Made by a program: the position numbers and the translations under genes. Source: Paecilomyces variotii (lineage: Eukaryota). From it: a stretch of 43,800 bases of DNA. The notes beneath the pieces are model-generated. The model made no database searches. It was not told the origin of the DNA and was given only the letters and a program-made list of their open reading frames with translations. The DNA lies in the NCBI GenBank assembly GCA_004022145.1, contig RCNU01000033.1; one strand, written 5' to 3'. Below, one piece after another: positions 13,471-23,713 of this stretch (positions are counted from its first letter, which is position 1; each line of letters begins with the position of its first letter).

Positions 13471-15640
13471 AGTTTTAAGAAATGCCTCTTTAAGTTTTAG
13501 TTAAACTATATTCTTTTAAAAAAAAAGAAAGATTAATAAAGCTATCTCTATTAAACTCTGCTTAGCTAATTTTTTTTTTTAATAATATTATAAGAGTAAT
13601 AGACTTAAGTAGTAAACTAGTTTTAAACAGTATTTTAATTTTAATTTAGGTTAAAATATATAGTCTAGTAGGTTAAGATTATTAAAAGATTTTATACTAA
13701 GACTATTTAGCTAAAGTTTATTTATAAATAAACTAGGGTTTTTAGAGGGCGGTAAAATAGATTAAGGGTTTTAGTATTTAGTAAAATAGTCTAGAGGTTC
13801 TTATTTCTATAAATCTTATAATAGGATAGTTAAATCTGCAGTATTTTAACTTAAGTTAGAATATAGACTACTAAAATAGAGATTAAGAGCTTATTATACT
13901 AAGAGTCTTAGAAGAATTTAAATTAAGGTAATAATATCAATAAGATATTATTTTATTCTTATAGGATTTCTTTACCTGTATATAAAAAGCTAATTCTAAC
14001 TAAGTTAGAATTAATAAGAAAAATATAAAAAATATATTTAGGGAAAGAAATAAATATAATAGGAAAAAAATAAAATTAATTTATATAGTCTATAACTTAT
14101 ACTAGTCCTAATTAAGAAGTTAATATTCTAACTTAAGTTAGATTATACTAACTATCTATCTCTTAATTAACAGTAGAACTTATTATATAAAAAAAATTAT
14201 TACTCTCTTACTTTTTAGCAGAGTATACTTCTTAAGATAATAAACCTAAAGGTTTTAGCAGAAACTTTTAGTATATTCTAACTTAAGTTAGAATATAAAA
14301 TTTAGATTCTTTTCTTAAATTTCTTATATAGAGAACTCTTAATAAAAATTATTACTTCTTTCTTATTACTTTATAGAAAATAATTATTCTTCTTTTAAAA
14401 TTATTCTATTTAACTTAAGGGTATTAAAAAATTAAATTAACCTTAGATTACTAGCTTCTTAATAGCCTATAATATAGATTTAAATTTAATTATTCTTAGA
14501 GAGTTATTTATTAATCCTAAGGTTATTATATTTAAAATCGCTATATTTCTTACTTAATTTACTAAGCTTAATAATTTTAATAAGATTAATAATAATTCTT
14601 ATATTTACCCTTACTTTCTTTTTTTTCTTAATACTACTTAAAAGGTAAATTAGCAAACTTTATTGCCTAATATTAATATATAAAATATATATTTCTATTT
14701 ATAGGCTACCTAAAAAAACTACTAAAAAGTCTAGCTTACTATATTTAATATACCTATAAAAATATAGGTAGCTAATTTAATTTAGAACTAATAAATCTAG
14801 TATATTTAAGGAATTACCTTAATTGCTTCTCTAAAGCATTATAATAAAAAAAAGTATTTTTTAATTTAAGATTATAATCTACAAGACCCTAGCTAAAAAT
14901 AACTATATTAATTTCTTCTTTTAGTATAGAACTATTTCTTAAAATTAATAAGAAAAAAGACCTTAATTTTATCTTTATAATACTATATTAATAAAGCTAA
15001 ATTAGGGTAAAATAAGTATCTTTAATATATTATAAAATAGTTAAGTCTAATAGCTTAAATAGGGGATTATCTATTATAAGAGAATAATATTCGACTTAAA
15101 AACTATATCTAAATAAAAAAGAAATAGTTAAGAGTATAATATAATTTTAATAATTTTAACTTAAGTTAGATTTTTAATAAGTTATATAAGTATATAAGAT
15201 TTTCTTTAGAAGTTATAATTTATTAATTATATATAGATTTTTTATTAACTTATTAAGAGAATAATTTAGAAAGTACTTTTTATTTAAAACAGTAATAATA
15301 GTTAAATATATATTCTTTAGTTTAATAACTTAAGCTTTTAAAAAAAATTATATATTATATATAATAATACTATATTAGCATTATAGTTTATAAATATATA
15401 TATTTCTATAGCTATAACTCTATATATATATATATTTAATAATATCTTAAAAGACTTTCTTTATAGTTTTACTTTTAAATTAATATAATAATATTATATT
15501 TAAACTATTTTTTAGCTATAGATTTAAAGATCTATAACTAATAATAATATAAAATAATATAAAGCTTTAATATCTATAATACTGTAAACTATATAAATTA
15601 TTTAAACTAAACTATTTAAGTTAATTTAACTTAAGTTAGT
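9763..15640. repeat. Dispersed 16-bp palindrome TCTAACTTAAGTTAGA (variants T(C/T)TAA(C/T)(C/T)TA(A/G)(G/A)TTA(G/A)A)
   Basis: Copies start at 9763, 10561, 10706, 10941, 11320, 11607, 11851, 12170, 12553, 12998, 13640, 13845, 13995 (1-nt deletion), 14127, 14277, 15155 and 15625. Further copies at 23057, 23675 and once in each hAT MITE (~10017, ~21254, ~41513). Confidence 0.9.
9863..10357 (+). mobile_element. hAT-type MITE (495 bp), copy 1
   Basis: TIR TAGAGT(GG)TTA...TAACCACTCTA; 8-bp TSD attattag (9855-9862 / 10358-10365); subterminal (TTCGG/CCGAA)n arrays. Confidence 0.95.
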
Positions 15641-15803
15641 TTAGCACATAATCTTAGTAAATACTTTAATTTTTTCAGTTTTAAACTAAACTACTAGAAT
15701 ATAGTTCAGTTTAAGTATAGTTTTTCTGCCCTAAACTAAAAACTGCTACGGGCGGTTTAACCCCCCCTTTAAACTAAACCGAATCGCCTATATAACTACT
15801 CTA

Positions 15804-18800
15804 TTCTAGATTAAATTTATAAATAGTATAATTATCTTAAAAAAGTTATAAATAAATTAATTATAAAAGTTATTAAACCTAATAAAAGCTTATATATTAA
15901 TTATATAAATTAAGGTCTTCTATTTAATAATTATTTTTACTTTATTTAAGTTTATTTTAATATAATCTTAGCTAATAATAATACTTAGAATTTAGTCTTA
16001 GAGATAATAAACTTATATTTTTAAATCTTTATATATAAGCTTACTTTATATAATTTCTATAAGATAATATAGATATATTAAATATATTTAGAATAAGTTA
16101 TATTATATATTAAGATATTATTAAGATATATAGTATAAAAGATATTAAGATAATCTTATAGAGTATTATTAATAAATTATTAAAATATTACTAGAGCTCT
16201 TATTAGATTAAATAATATTATTAATAATTTAAATAGGCTAAGTTAAGTATAAAAGGCAATTAAATATTCTTATTTCTTCTTAATATAAAGGTTATTAAAT
16301 ATAGAAATAATATTAATCTTTATAAAATACTTTATCCTTTTTAAATTATTTAAGGTCTCTTTTATTAAAAATAAAAGATATTAATCTTTAATAGTTATTA
16401 TATCTAGAGCCTAATAGTCTATATAGATTTATATTCTTTTATTAGACTTTTTAATAGATAAGATTAAAGATATAATAAGTAAGGAATTTAAGCAGATAAA
16501 TTCTTTTCTTAGGTTTTTTTAATCTATTTTTTTAAGACCTTTAATTTATCTTAAACTATAATATATAGGGGCTTAAAGGAGAGTAATTTCTCTTTTAATA
16601 GCTTAATATTATAATTATAAAAATAATATAATAATAAGTACTTAGCCTTTTTTAAAAAAAAATATTAATATAATTCTTAAATTTCTTAAGTAATAAGTAA
16701 GTAAGATCTTTTTTTTAAATTTATTTAATCCTTAAAATAGTATTTAAGTCTTTTAAGGTAATTATAAATATTTAAATATTTTTTTAAATATAGGCAGAAT
16801 AGGCAGCTAAAGAAATAAAGGCTATATTTCTTTTCTCTAATTTTTTAAGTCTTAAAGATAAGTATTAAGGTAAAGCTTTTAAAAAAATATTATATAAAAT
16901 AAATATTTTAATTAGCTTTAAAAGCATATTATAATTTTTTTAATAATAGTTATTATTAAAAGTAATATTATAAATAATAAATTATAAGTATAAGTTATAA
17001 TATTTTAATTAGAAAAGTTTTAAAATAATAGAATAGTATACTAATTAAATAATATAAAACTTAGCATTCTTTTTAAAATAATTTTTAATTCTTATATTTA
17101 TCTAGATATAATATATAATTTTCTAATCTTTTAATTCTCTTTTATTAAATATATATAAAGTAATTAAGTCTTTTAAAAGAATAAGCTCTAACTTTTAATT
17201 CTTAGCTTATCCTTAATCTATAAATTCTTATTTTTTAGCTTTAATATTAAGTAAGGTATAAATTAATAGATAAACCTTTTTTTTCTTCCTTTTTAATATT
17301 ATAAATAATATTATTAATTTTAATTATTATAAATATTCTTTAAGGTTAATTCTATAAATAGTAGCAGTAAAAATTTAAATAATATATAATTTTTAAGCTT
17401 AGCTACAATTTAATCTAGGCTTATTTCTTTTATTAAAGATTAATTAGAAAATAAATTATATAAGTTTAAGAACTATATTACCTAAGAAGTTTAAAAGCAG
17501 AATTTATATATAATTATAATCTAAATCTTCTAGTAATTATTAAAGTATAAATAATCTTTAATATAGTATTTAAGGGAATTATAATAAAAGTAAGTATTAA
17601 TTTTATAATATAATAAGCTATATTCTTTCTTGCTTAAGCATTTAAAAATACTTAAATTTATAGGGTTATATAGTTATACTAGGGCCGGCTCCTCTCTCTA
17701 TATAGAGTTTTTTTAAGGCTAAGTATAAATTCTTACAGTAGGGATAAAGTTTAAATTAAATATAAAGAGCTAAGTATATTAAACAGGCTTTAAAATAATA
17801 TTATAAGTCTTTATAATAGAGAATTAGTTTATAATATATTAATAATAATAGTTCTTAAGATCTTATAAGAATTTAATAAACTAATAATATTTATAATTTA
17901 GAGATTAACTATATAATAATATTCTTTAAAATTCTTAATTAATAGCTTATTTAAATAGAATAAATAATATTTTTTTAAATATCTTTTCTTCTAGTACTAA
18001 ATATTAGAACTTAATAAAAAAGATTTTAAACTTTTTATTAATCTAGTAGAGATTAAATAATTTACTATATATATTATTTATATAATTAAAATTATTAAAT
18101 ATATATTTTAAGAGATCTAGAATCTCTTAATAATTATTAAAAATATAAGTTTTATTTTTAATATAGAGTAATACTTAAATATAAAATACGCCCTTTAAGT
18201 AATTAATTATATAAATTATATAACTTTAAAAGATTAAAAATTAGTCTTAATTAATTATTATCTTTTCTTAGATTTAAGCTATAAAGTACTAAAAGTCCTT
18301 TTAATTGCCTTTAAATTTATTTAGGTTTAAAAATTATTTTAAAAATCTAGGGGTAAAAAAAGTATAATAATAAATATTTTAAGTATTTCTATTAAAGTAA
18401 CTATAAGTTTCTTAATACTAAGCTTAAGTTTAAATATTAATAAAGATATATTTATAATAAATATAATTATATAATAAGCTTAATTCCTTTTAAGAATAGC
18501 CTAAATATATTATTATTTCTTTTTTTAAAGCTAAGTCTTTTAATATTACTAAATAGCCTTAAATTTAATAACTTCTTATTTAAATCTCTATTAAATAATA
18601 ATAAATTCTTATTAAAACTTTTAAAGGTATATTTTAGCTTAATAATTTATTTTATTTATAATAGTCTTAGCTTTACTAATATATTTATATATTAAATAGT
18701 AATATTTATATTATTTTAGCTTATAGCTAGCAGTAATATATTTAATAAATTTATTCAAAGTAATTAGCAGAAATAAGAAAATTAAGGTAAATATCTTTAA

Positions 18801-19137
18801 TAATATTAACTTTTAAGTAAGAAGCTATATAATATTAAGATATAGGCTTAAGAAATAAGTTAGAATAAATAGAATAAGATAATTAATACTAGGATTAGCT
18901 ATAAAATCTTTATCTAGCTAATTTAGATTAGAATAAGCTATTGCAGATAAACTTAATAAATAAGATATAGCTTAAAAAGCTTAAATCTAGATTAAGCTAT
19001 ACGCTAAAGATATCTTTTATAAGGTTATATAATTCCTTATATAATTTAGAAGAATTAGGCCTTATTCTTCTAAATTAAATAAGCATTAGCTAGTAGATTT
19101 TCTTAAGTAACTTATCTCTCGCGCTAATACTATAATA
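15804..19137 (-). mobile_element. Gypsy family B, 5' half (5' LTR, gag/PR region, RT), degenerate
   Basis: LTR at 18833-19137; RT LDIFCTAYLDDILIYS (YLDD at 16117-16128). Colinear with 26421-27238 and with the reverse complement of 39950-42972. Confidence 0.88.
18833..19137 (-). repeat. Family B LTR (305 bp)
   Basis: Same sequence and length as 22012-22316, 23714-24018, 32884-33188, 33487-33791 and 39950-40254. Confidence 0.92.
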
Positions 19138-21099
19138 CTAGTCTAGTTTTAAAGCCTTAAAAAAAGTATTTATTTAAGCCTTAATCTTAAAGCTATTTAA
19201 TTAAATCTATAAGATTATAGTTAAAACTAATTTATCTAATTATATATTAGCTAGAGTTATATCTTAATATAATAATAAAGAAATCTTATATCTTATTATA
19301 TTTTTCTTAAAAAAGCTTTTTATTATAAAATATAATTATAAGATTTATAATAAAGAATTATTAATAATTATTTACTATTTTAAAGAGTAATACTCTAAGC
19401 TTAAAGGTATATTATTACTAATTAAAATTATTATAGACTATTATAATTTAAAATACTTTATATTAATTAAGCTATTAAACTAATAATAAGCCCGCTAATT
19501 TAAGTTTTTATCTTAGTTTAACTTCTAAATTATATATTATTTAAAGAAGTAAAAAATAAAGCTTAATACTCTAACTAAAAGGTTAGAAGATCTTTTTAAA
19601 GAGACGGATAAATAGTAATAATATTAGAGTTAAATAGTTTTAAAAAAAGAACCTTAACTTATAGATTTAAAATTCTTTAAAATTAAAAATTATTATTAAA
19701 AGTTAAATAATAAGATATATTTACTTTATTAACCTAATAGCTTAAAAGATTAGAAATCTTATTAAACTTATAGAAATATCTACTTAATTTATCTTAAAAA
19801 GCTAAATTATTTAATTTAAAAAATCTACCTAGTTTATTTTATTATCTAATTAGTTTATTAAGATTATTTAATCTATTAAAGAGATAAGCTAGCTTATTAA
19901 AGAAATTATTTTACTTATTAAAAAAATAGCTTTACCTATTAAATAAAATTAGCTAAATTTCTCTATTATATTTAATAAGCTAGAGTTTTTATTTAATATT
20001 AAGAATTTACTAGATATAGCTTATTTATTTAATAACTTAATATAATTTATCCTATAAGCCCTAGATTATAAAGCTAATTATTACCTTAAGATTATATTAG
20101 CTAATTATTAATAAAAAAAAGATATTTATATTATAAAGACTATTTATATATTCTTAACTATAATAAGCTAAAAGCCTACTTATTATAAGAATATTATAAT
20201 AAGTATATATTTAAATACTTTAGAAAATATAAGCTTTATAATTTAATCTTATAAAAGTATTATTAGCTAAATATATATTAATATATAAATTATTAGACTT
20301 AAAATTACTATATTTATTATTATATTATACCTTTAAATAAAGGCTATTAAGAAGTCTTATATTAACTCTTTATCTCTAAATATTTTTAATAAGATATTTT
20401 AATAGATTTTATTATTAGACTTATACTTTATTAAGATTATAATATTATATTAATTATTATAAACTAACTTATAAAGATAAAATATTTTATACTTTATTAA
20501 GCTATTTATAATATTAAAGAAGTAATATAATTATATATCTATTATATATAGAAGCTTTATAAGTTATTAAAGATTATAATATTTAATTAAAATCTTTAGT
20601 TTATTACTACTTTTTAAAAATATTTAATTTAATACTTAAATATTATAAACTTATTATTTATTATTTATTACTCTAAGATTAATAATTAAATAAAAAAAAT
20701 AAATATTATCTTAAAATAATATTTATATACTTATATTAGCTATTTATAAGATAATTAAGTTAATTAGCTATCTTTAATTAAGTTTATATTAAACTTTTAT
20801 TATTCTAAGATTATTAAAATATTACCCTTTTTTATTAATTATAGGTTTTATTTATATATAAGATTTAAGCTTATTTAGCCTATAAATTAGCTTATTATTA
20901 AAAATACTAAAGCCTTTATTAAAAAGATATAAGATATTATAAATTATATTTATACTTAGATTTATATTATTTAAGCCTATTATAAAGAATAGACTAATTA
21001 TTATTAAATCTTAGCTTATTATTATTATATAAAATAGTTTATTTAATTAAATGCCTAGAATATTTATACTTAATATCTTTAGAAGAAGCTTAACTAAAA

Positions 21100-21594
21100 T
21101 AGAGTGGTTATATAGGCGGTTCGGTTCGGTTCAGGGGGGGGGTTAAACCGCCCGTAGCGGTTTTTGGTTCGGGGCAGATAAACTGTACCTGAACCGAACC
21201 ATATACTAGTAGTTCGGTTTAAAACTAAAAAAACCGGATTGGCATAATTAGTTACTAACCTAAGTTAGATCCGGTTATGTAACTATGCTCTAGCTATATT
21301 AGGATAAATAAGCGAAAATTACAATACCGTAATTTACCGGTTTCTAATATATTTTTATTATATATACTAAATACTATAGTAATTTTATACCTCCGATATA
21401 AGTATCGATAAATTACATAGTGTAATTTAAATACGAGGTTAAAATTACGGTTCAAATGGTTTAAACCAAAAACCACCAGTTCGGTTCGGTTCTGGTAGAC
21501 TCGCACCGCGGTTTACTAGGAAGCGAACCAAACCGAACCATGGGCGGTTCGGTTCAGTTCGGTTCGGTTTTTTCGGTTTACTGTAACCACTCTA
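21100..21594 (+). mobile_element. hAT-type MITE (495 bp), copy 2 (least mutated)
   Basis: TIR TAGAGTGGTTA / TAACCACTCTA; 8-bp TSD aactaaaa (21092-21099 / 21595-21602). Confidence 0.95.
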
Positions 21595-22011
21595 AACTAA
21601 AAAAAACTTAGCTTATTTTATATTATTAAGATTATTAGCCTATATATTTATTAGCTTAACCTATCTATTTTAATATATATTTATCTTATATTTAATATTA
21701 GTCTACTTTATCTTATTACTAAGAACTCTATACTTAAATAAAGATAGCCTTTATTATTACTTATTAAAGTTAATAGCCTTAAAGAATAAGTTATTAAAAA
21801 TATCTTAGATTTTTAATAGAAATATTATAGCTATAAAGGCCTTTAATTATAATATATTATTAAATAAATAAGTTATAATAATTTAATTAAAGAACTTATA
21901 TATTATCTATAATATACTTAAGAGATTATTATAAACTTTTATTATTACTACTTAAATAAGCTAAAATTAGAAAATAGTCTTAATAAAGCTTAATTTTAAG
22001 AAAAGAAGTAT

Positions 22012-22316
22012 TATTATAGTATTAGCGCAAGAAATAAATTACTTAAGAAGATTTACTAGCTAATACTTACTTAATTTAAAAGAATAAAGCTTAACTCTTT
22101 TAAATTATATAAAGAATTATATAATCTTATAAAAGATATTTTTAGTATATAGCTTAATTTAGATTTAAGCTTTTTAAGCTATATTTTATTTACTAAGCCT
22201 ACTTATAATAGCTTATTTTAGTTTAAATTAGCTAAATAGAGATCTTATAGCTAGTCTTAATATTAACTACTTTATTCTATTTATTCTAACTTGCTTCTTA
22301 AGCCTATATCTTAATA
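22012..22316 (+). repeat. Family B 3' LTR (305 bp)
   Basis: tattatagtattagcgc...cctatatcttaata; preceded by a PPT-like tract. Confidence 0.92.
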
Positions 22317-23300
22317 AGTACTAATTAATTAAAATTATTACTTCTTAATTACTAAATATAATAGAATTTAATATATTTTATATTTATATATACTCTTAAA
22401 CTATATATAGTAATTAAATAATTTATTATATTATAAACTAATAAAGATATTTATTTTTTAATATTATCTCTTATTAAATAATATTAGATTAAATATTTTA
22501 TTAAATTAACTTAGCTATTCTATAATTTTACTCTTATTATATTAAAGATAAATAATCTATTAATTTATAGAGTTTTTAAAATTTATAATATTATCTTTAA
22601 TTATCTTAATAACTATATAAAATACTTAAAATTAAAAAAAGTTATATAGAAGATATAACTTTAAAATACTTTATTTAAAGCTTATAATAAGTTATAAACT
22701 TATTATATTAAAATATATAAATCTTAAGAATTTATATATATAATTATAATAATTCTTTACCTTAGTTTAAAGCTTAAATATTTTAAAACTTAAATCTAAT
22801 AAAATATAATAAAAAACTAGTATAATACTTATAAAAAGATTTTTTATAAGGTATTTTAATACTATAATAATTAAAATCTAAATATTAAAATATAATTAAG
22901 AATTTATTTATTAGTCTTAATATTAGATTATATACTTATATAATTTAAATATTATTATCTCCCTTTAAATATTATTAATACTTATTAAGAAATTTAAACT
23001 TATTTTATTAAAAATAATATTCTATTTAATATTATACTTAAATTATATAGTATTATTCTAACTTAAGTTAAATTAGCTTTATTAAAATTAAATAATATCT
23101 TTAACTATTAAAAAATTAATAAATATTAATTTCTAATTCTTATAATAATAGCTTAAGATTTTCTTATAATCTTATTAAGTAATATTAGTATAGAATAATT
23201 ATTTAATAATACTTAAAATATCTACTATTATTAATATAATTAATTACTTTTTAATATAATTTATACTTTAATACTTCTTATATATATTAAAAATTTTATT
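22317..23300 (+). pseudogene. hAT transposase relic (C-terminal half, with hATC dimerisation domain)
   Basis: De-RIPed readings: TRWNST (ata taa tag aat tta ata, 22356-22373); PFYDFTL..SK....SIHRVFEIYN.IFDHL; KL.TYY.KT....VYAIATIL.P..KL.YF; YWK.NE..FP.LA.MARDFLAIPSSGVGVERLFNSARDICHYRR.RL.P.TI (~23100-23280). One intron at ~23014-23076. Confidence 0.88.
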
Positions 23301-23713
23301 ATTTAGCAAGAGTTTAAGATAATAATTAATAATATAAATATAATACTTAATTATTAATAATCTAAAAAAAAGAGATTAAATTACTAAATTTAATTAGTAA
23401 TAATAAGAATATAAATAATATATTAAAAGAAGAGATAGAGGTTAATAATAAGAACTATTAAATAAAGCAGTTTAAGAGTTAAAATCTTTTAAGTATTTAA
23501 ATAGATTAACCTATTACTAACTCTATATATAATAAAAAAGAATTAAATTAATTACTTATACTTAAAGCTTCTATATATTCTTAAAGAAATATAATAACTA
23601 TAAATAAATTTAAGTCTTTTAATTATTACTTATATTAGATTAACTATATTAAAGGCTAATATAAATATTAATAATTTAACTTAAGTTAGATTTAATTATT
23701 AAATTCTAATATT

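Larger units (their letters stand above)
9659..15803 (-). mobile_element. Left arm (>6 kb) of a long hAT-type DNA transposon, interrupted by Gypsy A and a MITE
   Basis: 15625-15803 is the reverse complement of the first ~180 bp of the 495-bp hAT MITE (TIR ...ataactactcta ends at 15803) and abuts Gypsy B RT sequence. The interior carries about 17 copies of the 16-bp palindrome also found in the hAT transposase intron. Confidence 0.75.
19138..22316 (+). mobile_element. Gypsy family B, 3' half (RNase H, integrase, chromodomain, 3' LTR)
   Basis: Begins with CQSGFEALKEAF-like sequence. KKLDW|KNLGPF-like motif split by the MITE at 21100. Chromodomain EEWVVEDILDSR...YIVKW.GY (~21780-21960). Purine tract before the LTR at 22012-22316. 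Confidence 0.9.

Noticed and set aside
9763..15640. Palindromic repeats with unique spacers resembling a CRISPR or REP/attC array
   Set aside because: Spacing is long and irregular, the context is eukaryotic RIPed DNA with intron signals, and no cas or integrase gene is present.
21294..21506. 70-aa ORF from the supplied track
   Set aside because: It lies inside a non-autonomous MITE, has no recognisable domain and is not reported in the other two copies. Most likely a chance ORF.
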